Part shown: positions 56,617 through 64,000 of the stretch, piece after piece
Layout of the letters: each line of letters begins with the position of its first letter
Numbering within the stretch: the stretch's first letter is position 1
Origin: Chloroflexota bacterium
GTDB lineage: Bacteria; Chloroflexota; Limnocylindria; Limnocylindrales; CSP1-4
Direction of reading: 5' to 3'
NCBI GenBank assembly: GCA_017853275.1
Contig: JAFMJV010000009.1
Span: 6,787 to 70,786, forward strand
Length of the DNA stretch: 64,000 nucleotides
The notes under the pieces: generated by a model
The model's input: the letters and a program-made list of their open reading frames with translations, nothing else
The model's database searches: none
Told to the model about the DNA's origin: nothing
Made by a program: the position numbers and the translations under genes

Positions 56617-57269
56617 CGCCGGACGAGCGGCGGGCAGCGCTCGACGCGGTCGCCACGGAGGTCCGTGACTGCCGCCGCTGCCGCCTCGCCGGTGGCCGGA
56701 CGCAGGCGGTCCCCGGGGAAGGTGACCCGGAGACCGAGGTCGTCCTCGTGGGGGAGGGGCCCGGCCAGAACGAGGACCTCCAGGGCCGCCCCTTCGTGGG
56801 TGCCGCGGGAGGCTTCCTTGGAGAGCTTCTCTCGGTCATCGGCTGGCGGCGCGAGGAGGTCTTCATCACGAACGTCGTGAAGTGCCGGCCGCCCGGGAAC
56901 CGCGACCCGGAGCCCGACGAGATCGCGGCCTGCGCGCCATTCCTCCGGCGCCAGCTGGAGATCCTCGACCCGGCGCTCGTCGTGACCCTGGGTCGCTACT
57001 CCATGAACACGTTCCTGCCCGGCGCACGGATCGGGCAGGCGCACGGAACGGACCACCCGGCGCCCCCGGAGACGGGCGCACGGGACGCGCGGGTCTGCGC
57101 GATGTATCACCCGGCGGCAGCGTTCCGCCAGGGCGGTCTCCGTCAGACGATGAAGGTGGACATGCTCGCGGTCCCGGCGGCGCTCGCCCGGTCGCGACGA
57201 GAGCGCGCGGAGCGGTCGGCGGGAGCCGCGCCGGTCTCCGTGCCGGAGAGGGGATGGGAAGCGGGATGA
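56613..57269 (+). CDS. uracil-DNA glycosylase, family 4 (Fe-S type)
   Basis: CRRCRL, GEGPGQNED motif A, NVVKCRPPGNR, HPAAA motif B, four Cys for a 4Fe-4S cluster. GTGA overlap with asd. Confidence 0.88.
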   Translation: MTPDERRAALDAVATEVRDCRRCRLAGGRTQAVPGEGDPETEVVLVGEGPGQNEDLQGRPFVGAAGGFLGELLSVIGWRREEVFITNVVKCRPPGNRDPEPDEIAACAPFLRRQLEILDPALVVTLGRYSMNTFLPGARIGQAHGTDHPAPPETGARDARVCAMYHPAAAFRQGGLRQTMKVDMLAVPAALARSRRERAERSAGAAPVSVPERGWEAG

Positions 57270-58948
57270 CCTTCGGACGGAGCGAGAGCAGCTCGGCGCC
57301 GCCGCTACGGATCCTGCCGCTCGGCGGGCTTGGTGAGGTCGGCAAGAACCTGATGGTCATCGAGCTCGGTGACGAGATCGTGGTCATCGACTGCGGCCTG
57401 ATGTTCCCGGACGAGGAGATGTTCGGCATCGACCTCGTGGTCCCGGATGTCTCGTACATCGTGGAGCGGCGCGAGAAGGTGAAGGCCTTCCTCATCACCC
57501 ACGCGCACGAGGACCACGTGGGGGCGCTGCCGTACGTGCTGCCGCGCTTCCCCGGCGTCCCGGTCTACGCCTCCACGCTCGCCCGCGGCCTGCTGGGCAA
57601 CAAGATCCGCGAGCACCGATTGAAGGACAACCCGCTCCTCGCCTTCGATCCGGGGGAGACGATCAAGGTGGGCTCGATGGAGGCGACCGCCTTCCGGGTC
57701 GGCCACTCGATCCCGGACGCGATGGGGATCTGCCTGCGCACGCCGTACGGGAACATCATCCACACCGGCGACTTCAAGATCGACCAGACCCCCGTGGATG
57801 GGAAGGGGACGGACTTCCACCGGCTCGCGGAGTTCGGCAAGGAAGGCGTCCTGTGCCTGATGTCCGATTCCACGCGTGCGGAGTTCCCCGGCTTCACGCC
57901 CTCGGAGCGGACGGTCGGGGAGGCCTTCCGGGAGATCATGGAGGGCCTCGAGGGGCGCGTCATCGTGGCCACCTTCGCGAGCAACATCGCGCGGGTCCAG
58001 CAGGTCTTCGATGCCGCCGGGACCTTCGGCCGCAAGGTCGCGGTCATCGGTCGCTCGATGGAGCAGAACACCCGGATCGCCTCGGACCTGGGCTACCTGC
58101 GCTGGGGTCCGGACCAGCTGATCCCCAAGGACCGGATCCGGGAGATCCCGGACAACGAGCTGTGCATCGCCACCACCGGCGCCCAGGGCGAGCCGATGGC
58201 CGGCCTTGCCCGGATGGCGAACCGGGACCATCGTTTCGTGGAGATCGGCCCCGGGGACACGGTGATCGTGAGCGCCAGCCCGATCCCCGGCAACGAGGAA
58301 TCGGTCGCCCGCACGATCGACAACCTCTTCAAGAACGGCGCGAACGTCTACTACCATGCGAACAAGCGCGCCCACGTCTCCGGGCACGCGAGCCAGGAGG
58401 AGCTGAAGCTGATGCTCAACCTGACCCGCCCCCGCCATTTCATCCCCATCCACGGGGAGTTCCGGATGCTCGTCCAGCACGGCCGGCTCGCGGCCGAGGT
58501 CGGCGTGGCCCCGGAGAACATCTACATCATCGAGAACGGCCAGCCGATCGACTTCGCCGCGGACGGGAGCGCCCGCCGGGGGACGCGGGTCGAGGCGGGC
58601 CGGGTCTTCGTGGACGGGCTCTCGGTGGGCGAGGTCGGGGATGTCGTCCTCCGTGACCGGCGGGCGCTGGCGAACGACGGGATGTTCCTCGTCGTCGTGG
58701 CGGTGGACAAGCAGACCGGCGAGATGGTGGGCCGCCCCGAGATCGTCACGCGCGGCTTCGTCGCCGAGCCGGACGATCGTCTTCTCGAGGGGGCAGCGGA
58801 GCGGATCGCGAGGGCGATCGAGAACCCCGGCGACCACACGAGCGAGATCGCCCTCCTGAAGGCGCAGATCAAGGACGGGCTCTCCCAGTACCTCTACGAG
58901 CGGACGAAGCGCCGCCCGCTCGTCTTCCCCGTCGTCGTCGAGGTGTAG
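57266..58948 (+). CDS. rnj: ribonuclease J
   Basis: Beta-CASP metallo-beta-lactamase: LGGLGEVGKN, HAHEDHVGALP, C-terminal domain. ATGA overlap with udg. Confidence 0.93.
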   Translation: MTFGRSESSSAPPLRILPLGGLGEVGKNLMVIELGDEIVVIDCGLMFPDEEMFGIDLVVPDVSYIVERREKVKAFLITHAHEDHVGALPYVLPRFPGVPVYASTLARGLLGNKIREHRLKDNPLLAFDPGETIKVGSMEATAFRVGHSIPDAMGICLRTPYGNIIHTGDFKIDQTPVDGKGTDFHRLAEFGKEGVLCLMSDSTRAEFPGFTPSERTVGEAFREIMEGLEGRVIVATFASNIARVQQVFDAAGTFGRKVAVIGRSMEQNTRIASDLGYLRWGPDQLIPKDRIREIPDNELCIATTGAQGEPMAGLARMANRDHRFVEIGPGDTVIVSASPIPGNEESVARTIDNLFKNGANVYYHANKRAHVSGHASQEELKLMLNLTRPRHFIPIHGEFRMLVQHGRLAAEVGVAPENIYIIENGQPIDFAADGSARRGTRVEAGRVFVDGLSVGEVGDVVLRDRRALANDGMFLVVVAVDKQTGEMVGRPEIVTRGFVAEPDDRLLEGAAERIARAIENPGDHTSEIALLKAQIKDGLSQYLYERTKRRPLVFPVVVEV

Positions 58949-58951
58949 CGG

Positions 58952-61330
58952 ATGGCGAGCGGATCCCGGCGGTCCACCTCCCGGTCGCGGAGCACGGGCA
59001 GCTCGCGGCGGAAGAGCGCGCCCGCGCGCCCGGCGATCTCGCCGGCCACGGTCCGCTCGATCCTCGGCATCGTCCTCATCGTCGCCGGGGCGGTCATCCT
59101 TGCTGCGCTCCTCCTCCCCACGGACGGGATCCTCGCGGGGCTCGCCGACGGGATCCTCGACCCGCTCTTCGGAGAGGGGGCCTGGCTCCTCGGCGTCCTC
59201 CTCGTCGTGGGGGGAGTGATGGTGGAGCGGACCCCGGAGATGGAGCCGGCGTGGATCCTCTCCGCGGCGGGCGCGCTTCTCATCTTCCTCGGGGGCGAGG
59301 GGCTCATCCACCTTCTCTCCGGGGGAGGCGGGTCGGAGCAGGCGCTCGCGGACGGCGGCGGCGCGGTCGGGGCCGGGATCTCCGGCTTCCTCTCCGGGAT
59401 CATCAGCTCCATCGGTGCCTTCATCGTCCTCGTGGGGATCGTCCTGGGCGGCTTCGTCCTCCTCTTCGATCTCACGCTCGGCCAGATCGCGACCCCGGTC
59501 GTGGTCGCCGGCCGGCTCGGCGCCGCAGGCGTGGCGCTCACCGCGGAGGCGGTGGGGAGCGCGCGGGCGGATCGGGCCGCCCGTCGGACCGGGGCCACGC
59601 CTGCGCTCCCCGTGCGCCGTACGCCGTCGCCCCGTCCCACGGCAGCAACCGCCGCCGCGGGCCTCACGGAGAGCGTGCCGGAGCTCCCTCGCCCCGTGCC
59701 CAGCCCTGCACCGATCAGCCAGACCGTCTGGGCCGGCGGTGGTGAGACGGCGCGGCCCGCGCCGATCCCTGCGCCGGCCGGAACCCCCGTCACTGCGGCC
59801 CCTGGGGCGTCGAGCGGGACCGCGGCGCCCGGCGCCGATCCGGAGGCACCCACCTCGTGGCGTGTGCCACGCGAGTGGAGCCTGCCGCCGGTGGAGCTCC
59901 TCGTCCGGGCGGCCGCGCCCACGCTGACCGGCCGGCCGGATCACGAGCGGAACATCCGGATCATCGAGGAGAAGCTGCGCAGCTTCCAGATCCCCGCCGA
60001 GGTGGTGGCCACGAACAGCGGCCCGGTCGTCACGCAGTACGAGGTCAAGCCGGACGTCCGGATCAAGCTCTCCCGGATCGAGGGGCTCGCGGACGACCTT
60101 GCGATGGCGCTTGCCGCGCGCTCGATCCGCATCGAAGCGCCGATCCCGGGCAAGGACGTCGTGGGCATCGAGATCCCGAACCACACCTCGGACGTGGTGG
60201 GCCTGCGCGATCTCTATGACGACGCGCGGATGGGGGAGGCCACGAGCAAGCTCACCTTCGCGCTCGGGCGGGACGTGAGCGGCCGTGCCTACGCGGTGGA
60301 CCTGGGCCGGATGCCGCACCTGCTCATCGCAGGGGCCACCGGCTCCGGCAAGAGCGTCTGCGTCAACGCGCTCATCACGAGCATCATCATGCGTGCCACT
60401 CCGGACGAGGTGAGCCTCGTCCTCGTGGACCTGAAGCGTGTCGAGCTCGCCCCGTACCAGGGGATCCCGCACCTCCGCACGGAGGTGATCATGGAGCCGA
60501 ACGAGGCGCGCGCGGCGCTCGCCTGGGCGGTCGGCCAGATGGAGGACCGCTACAAGCTTCTCGCGGGGAAGGGCGAGCGGAATATCGCCGCCTACAACGC
60601 GAGCGACCGGGTCGCGCCGGAGGACCGGCTCCCGTACATCGTCCTCGTCATCGACGAGCTCGCGGACCTCATGATGCGCGAGGGGCGGAAGGTCGAGGAG
60701 CCGATCGTCAAGCTCGCCCAAAAGGCGCGTGCGGTCGGGATGCACCTCGTCCTTGCGACGCAGCGGCCGAGCGTGAACGTGGTGACCGGTCTCATCAAGG
60801 CGAACGTGCCCAGCCGGATCGCCTTCGCGATGGCCTCGAACGTGGATAGCCGGACCGTCCTCGACCAGCCGGGCGCGGAGGACCTCATCGGGCGCGGCGA
60901 CATGCTCTACCAGCCGGCCGACCTGCCGCGCCCCGTCCGGCTCCAGGGGGTCTTCGTCTCCGATGCCGAGGTCCGCGCGATCGCCGATCACTGGCGGGCG
61001 CAGGAGCCGGAGCCGCGCTACGACCCCGCGGTCCTCGCGGGCAGCGACGAGGAGTCGGGCGAGAGCGGCGAGTTCGCGTGGCTGGCGAAGCTCGCCGAGG
61101 ACGAGATGACCCCGCGTGCCGCGGAGCTCGTGCTCGCGACCGGCAAGGCGAGCACCTCGATGATGCAGACGAAGCTGAAGGTCGGCTTCAACCGCGCCAG
61201 CCGGCTGATCGAGGAGCTGGAGAAGTTCGGCATCGTGGGGCCCCAGGACCCGCGCAATCCCGCCACGCCGCGTGCCGTCTACGGACCGGAGAACTGGGTC
61301 CGCGGCGCTGCGGACATGGACGACCTCTAG
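58952..61330 (+). CDS. ftsK: DNA translocase FtsK/SpoIIIE
   Basis: N-terminal TM helices, Pro/Ala linker, AGATGSGKSV Walker A, motor domain, gamma winged-helix (MMQTKLKVGFNRASRLIEELE). Confidence 0.94.
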   Translation: MASGSRRSTSRSRSTGSSRRKSAPARPAISPATVRSILGIVLIVAGAVILAALLLPTDGILAGLADGILDPLFGEGAWLLGVLLVVGGVMVERTPEMEPAWILSAAGALLIFLGGEGLIHLLSGGGGSEQALADGGGAVGAGISGFLSGIISSIGAFIVLVGIVLGGFVLLFDLTLGQIATPVVVAGRLGAAGVALTAEAVGSARADRAARRTGATPALPVRRTPSPRPTAATAAAGLTESVPELPRPVPSPAPISQTVWAGGGETARPAPIPAPAGTPVTAAPGASSGTAAPGADPEAPTSWRVPREWSLPPVELLVRAAAPTLTGRPDHERNIRIIEEKLRSFQIPAEVVATNSGPVVTQYEVKPDVRIKLSRIEGLADDLAMALAARSIRIEAPIPGKDVVGIEIPNHTSDVVGLRDLYDDARMGEATSKLTFALGRDVSGRAYAVDLGRMPHLLIAGATGSGKSVCVNALITSIIMRATPDEVSLVLVDLKRVELAPYQGIPHLRTEVIMEPNEARAALAWAVGQMEDRYKLLAGKGERNIAAYNASDRVAPEDRLPYIVLVIDELADLMMREGRKVEEPIVKLAQKARAVGMHLVLATQRPSVNVVTGLIKANVPSRIAFAMASNVDSRTVLDQPGAEDLIGRGDMLYQPADLPRPVRLQGVFVSDAEVRAIADHWRAQEPEPRYDPAVLAGSDEESGESGEFAWLAKLAEDEMTPRAAELVLATGKASTSMMQTKLKVGFNRASRLIEELEKFGIVGPQDPRNPATPRAVYGPENWVRGAADMDDL

Positions 61331-61367
61331 GCGGGGACCCGGACGGCATGGGGCCGGTGGGGGAGGG

Positions 61368-61919
61368 GTGACGCAGCTGCGCGTGGAGATCATCCCCTGT
61401 GCGCAGATGACGGCCGAGGACGAGCGTGCCATCGCGCGGCTCTGCGCCGCCGCCTGGCCCGACCCGGCCGACCCGTTCAGCGCGGACGATCTGGCGCATG
61501 CGCACGGCGGCACGCACCTCGTGGTCCGTGATGCGCGGGGCGCGATCCGTTCCCACGCCGCGATCGTCCCTCGCCGGATCTGGGTCGGGGAGGTCCCTCT
61601 CCGGGCGGGCTACCTGGAGGCCGTGGCGACCGATCCCGTGCACCGGGGTCGCGGGTATGCGTCCGCGATCCTCGCTCGTGCCGGCGAGCGCATCCGTACC
61701 GGGGACGATCTCGGCCTTCTCTCCGGGGAGGGCCGCTCCCTCTACCGGCGCCACGGGTGGGAGCCCTGGACCGGCCCCTCGCTCGTCCGCGGCCCCGGCG
61801 GGGTGCGCCCGACCCCCGGCGAGGATGGCGGGATCCAGCTCCTGCGCACGGACCGGGTGCGCTGGGTGCGCGGGGATGAGCCGATCGCGTGCGAGGAGCG
61901 AGCGGGGGATCCGTGGTAG
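61368..61919 (+). CDS. GNAT N-acetyltransferase resembling aminoglycoside 2'-N-acetyltransferase AAC(2')-I
   Basis: Recalled similarity to mycobacterial AAC(2')-Ic along the whole length: HAAIVPRRIWVG..LRAGYLEAVAT, LYRRHGWEPWTGP..VRPTPGEDG, C-terminal CEERAGDPW versus CDWRAGDVW. Start GTG 61368. Confidence 0.72.
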   Translation: MTQLRVEIIPCAQMTAEDERAIARLCAAAWPDPADPFSADDLAHAHGGTHLVVRDARGAIRSHAAIVPRRIWVGEVPLRAGYLEAVATDPVHRGRGYASAILARAGERIRTGDDLGLLSGEGRSLYRRHGWEPWTGPSLVRGPGGVRPTPGEDGGIQLLRTDRVRWVRGDEPIACEERAGDPW

Positions 61920-61969
61920 CCCACAGAGGTGCCGGGGGGCACCGGGTCTCGTCCGGGCGTAGACTGCGG

Positions 61970-61975
61970 AGGCCG
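61970..61975 (+). promoter_or_regulatory. candidate -10 box TAGACT upstream of the rodZ-like gene
   Basis: Isolated AT-rich hexamer in the spacer, 17 nt before ATG 61993. Confidence 0.3.
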
Positions 61976-61992
61976 CGCACGCACCCCGTTGG

Positions 61993-63420
61993 ATGTGCGC
62001 TGACCCGGGAGACGAGCACGATCCCATGACCTTCCGCCAGACCCCTCCCGCGCCGCGGGATGGAAGGCCGGGGCCCTCCACCGGGCCCGCCGCGGGTGCC
62101 GCGCGCACGGTCGGTGACCAGCTGCGCCGGGCGCGCGAGGAGCGGGGGATCGACCTCTACCGCGCCGAGCGGGACACGAAGATCCGGGCGCGCCACCTTG
62201 CCGCGCTCGAGGATGGCGATGACGCGAACCTTCCCGGGGCGGTCTACGCGCGCGGGTTCCTCCGGAACTACGCCCTCTACCTGGGCCTCGATCCGGACGA
62301 GGCGGTGAGCCGTTGGCGGATGGAGCGTGACAGCACGCCCGGCGAGGAGGCGGGCGGGCCGGTCGTCGTCCCGCCGCAGCCGATCGCGACCCCGACCGGT
62401 GGGATCACCTTCACTCCCTCCCTCGTCATCGGGATCATCCTCGCGACGATCGTCGTCCTCTTCGCGGGGTATATCGGCCTGCAGCTCGTCCGCTTCAGCC
62501 AGGTCCCGGCGGTCCGCCTGGACGGGGCCGCGGTGGTCGAGCTGGAACCGGATGCCACCACCGTCGTCGTGCGCGGGAGCGCCGGGCCGCGCGCGGTCAT
62601 CGAGGTGCGTGGGGTGACGGGAGAGCTCCTCACCACGTCGACCGCAGCGGAGGATGGGCGCTGGGTCGTGGAGCTCGGTGTGGGCAAGGGAAGGAACGAC
62701 TTCTCGCTCACCGCGAAGGACGCGGAGACGGGCCGGATCTCCGACGCGGTCCCGCTCACCGTGACGGTCCCGGTCCCGGGGATCACCGGACCCACGGCCG
62801 CACCGACGCGCGGGCCGGAGCGGGATCGCACCGGGGCGGGGCAGGTCTTCCTCGAGCTGAACGCGCCCGGAGACCGGCGCCAGATCGACAACGACGTCGT
62901 GAACGTGCGCGGGCGGACCGACGCGGACGAGGTGACGGTCTCCGTGAGCTGGCTCGGGCCGGCCGGAGGCGGCGACCCCGGGCTCCTCGCCGAGGTCCCG
63001 GAGATCCCGGACCCGGTGACGGCCCTGGTCGTCGAGGACGCCTTCGATCTGCCCCTTCCGCTTGCGGAGGGCCGTTGGGAGCTCACGGTGAGCGTTCCCG
63101 GCACCGGCTTCCTCGCGGGCGGTGAGCTGGTGCGCACCGTGGACGTGCGGCTCGGCGGCGTGGTGGCGGTGGTGGAGGCATCCGGAGCCGACCCCACGAT
63201 CGCGGTCTGGAGCGACGGCGAGGTGGCCGTTCCGTCCCTCGCCCTCCAGGATGGAGAGCGCGCGGTCTTCCGGGCGCGGCGGACGATCGTCATCCGGACG
63301 AGCGACGGGCTCTCGACCCTGATCATCATGAACGGCTCGGCCGCGGCACCGGCAGGGAAGAACACCGGGCCGGCTGCCGTCATCCTCGAGCGGGGCAAGG
63401 AGCCCCGGCCCTTCGAATAG
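61993..63420 (+). CDS. rodZ: RodZ-like membrane protein (XRE-type HTH, TM helix, beta-rich repeats, DUF4115-like C-terminus)
   Basis: HTH LRRAREERGIDLYRAERDTKIRARHLAALE..GFLRNYALYLGLD, single TM helix, C-terminal RAVFRARRTIVIRTSDG. ATG 61993 or 62026. Confidence 0.7.
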   Translation: MCADPGDEHDPMTFRQTPPAPRDGRPGPSTGPAAGAARTVGDQLRRAREERGIDLYRAERDTKIRARHLAALEDGDDANLPGAVYARGFLRNYALYLGLDPDEAVSRWRMERDSTPGEEAGGPVVVPPQPIATPTGGITFTPSLVIGIILATIVVLFAGYIGLQLVRFSQVPAVRLDGAAVVELEPDATTVVVRGSAGPRAVIEVRGVTGELLTTSTAAEDGRWVVELGVGKGRNDFSLTAKDAETGRISDAVPLTVTVPVPGITGPTAAPTRGPERDRTGAGQVFLELNAPGDRRQIDNDVVNVRGRTDADEVTVSVSWLGPAGGGDPGLLAEVPEIPDPVTALVVEDAFDLPLPLAEGRWELTVSVPGTGFLAGGELVRTVDVRLGGVVAVVEASGADPTIAVWSDGEVAVPSLALQDGERAVFRARRTIVIRTSDGLSTLIIMNGSAAAPAGKNTGPAAVILERGKEPRPFE

Positions 63421-63924
63421 ATGTCCGTCTCCACCGGCCCCGATCCCGTCCCCGCGCTCCTCGAACGCCTCGCCACCGTGTGCGTGGAGCGTGGGCTGCG
63501 CGTCGCCACCGCCGAATCCTGCACCGGTGGGCTGATCGGCCACCTCATCACCGGGATCCCCGGCGCGAGCACCTGGTACCTCGGGGGCGTGGTCGCCTAC
63601 GCGAACGAGGTCAAGGCGGGGCTCCTCGGCGTCCCCGGGAGCCTCTTCGTGGAGCATGGCGCCGTGAGCGAGCCGGTCGCCCGCGCGATGGCCGAGGGTG
63701 TCCGCTCCGCGCTCGGGGTCGATCTCGGGGTCTCGGTCACCGGGATCGCGGGTCCGGGCGGGGCGACCCCGGCCAAGCCCGTCGGGCTGACGTGGGTCGC
63801 GGTCGCCGGGCGCGCAGGGACGGAGGCACGGCGCTCCGTCGGCCCGGGCGGGCGCGACGAGAACAAGCGGGCGGCGGCGATCGCCGCGCTCGAGCTGCTC
63901 ATCCAGGTCGCGGAGGCCGCGTGA
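63421..63924 (+). CDS. pncC: CinA C-terminal domain protein (nicotinamide-nucleotide amidohydrolase PncC type)
   Basis: [44 protein letters not shown] motifs. 167 aa, no MoCF N-terminal domain. Confidence 0.88.
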   Translation: MSVSTGPDPVPALLERLATVCVERGLRVATAESCTGGLIGHLITGIPGASTWYLGGVVAYANEVKAGLLGVPGSLFVEHGAVSEPVARAMAEGVRSALGVDLGVSVTGIAGPGGATPAKPVGLTWVAVAGRAGTEARRSVGPGGRDENKRAAAIAALELLIQVAEAA

Positions 63925-64000
63925 CCCGGAGCGCAGAAGAGGTGGGTGCCGGGCTCGCGCCGGTGCGCGCGCCGCGTCCGATCCGCGCCGGCGAGCGGAT
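63921..64000 (+). CDS. 5' end of an unidentified ORF (GTGA overlap with pncC), runs off the window
   Basis: GTG 63921 opens a frame [27 protein letters not shown]. Too short to identify; not a RecA N-terminus. Confidence 0.25.
   Translation, partial: MTRSAEEVGAGLAPVRAPRPIRAGER

Noticed and set aside
63921-64000. Expectation from synteny that recA follows cinA
   Set aside because: The 27 visible residues ([27 protein letters not shown]) do not resemble a RecA N-terminus. The ORF is left unassigned.
1-64000. Search by eye for tRNA, rRNA, SRP RNA, tmRNA, CRISPR arrays, IS elements, integrases, toxin-antitoxin or defence-system genes
   Set aside because: The largest non-coding gaps are 172-175 nt, and no other gap exceeds about 145 nt. 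They look like mRNA leaders. No cloverleaf-like or repeat-spacer structures were seen, and no recombinase- or defence-like translations. A covariance-model scan (Infernal/tRNAscan) would be needed for certainty.

Overview
The window is 64 kb of very GC-rich (roughly 70%+) bacterial chromosome. I call about 63 protein genes, and all but three (LCP gene, rpmB, one sulfotransferase) are on the + strand. I found no rRNA, tRNA, CRISPR array, transposase or integrase. The content is almost entirely core housekeeping: translation (ileS, proS, def, fmt, infB, frr, tsf, rbfA, rimM, ribosomal proteins S2/S15/S16/L19/L28/L32), RNA modification and decay (rluD, truB, trmD, rlmN, rsmD, rnc, rnj, pnp, nrnA, rnhB), replication, repair and segregation (priA, recG, smc, ftsK, udg), protein targeting (ftsY, ffh, lspA, rseP) and lipid/isoprenoid synthesis (plsX, acpP, uppS, cdsA, dxr, ispG). 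From memory, the gene order is collinear with the Bacillus-type order, but tightly compacted: more than 20 junctions are 1- or 4-nt start/stop overlaps. The lineage is probably a high-GC Terrabacteria member (Actinomycetota- or Chloroflexota-like); I cannot place it more precisely from sequence alone. The most unusual feature is the pnp gene. It is 862 aa and carries a complete DnaQ/epsilon-like DEDDh 3'-5' exonuclease domain, with all five catalytic residues, inserted in frame between the two RNase PH domains. I do not know of a described PNPase with this architecture. Other points worth a second look: (1) two unrelated PAPS-type sulfotransferases inserted into the conserved backbone, one as a lone inverted gene; (2) a RibF that has only the FMN adenylyltransferase half; (3) a likely AUC-initiated gene after coaD; (4) recurring TGnTAnnnT extended -10 boxes, several placed 5-9 nt from the ATG, which implies leaderless mRNAs; (5) an SD-sequestering hairpin ahead of pnp; (6) an AAC(2')-like acetyltransferase. 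All calls come from reading the translations and the DNA by eye. No database search was run.
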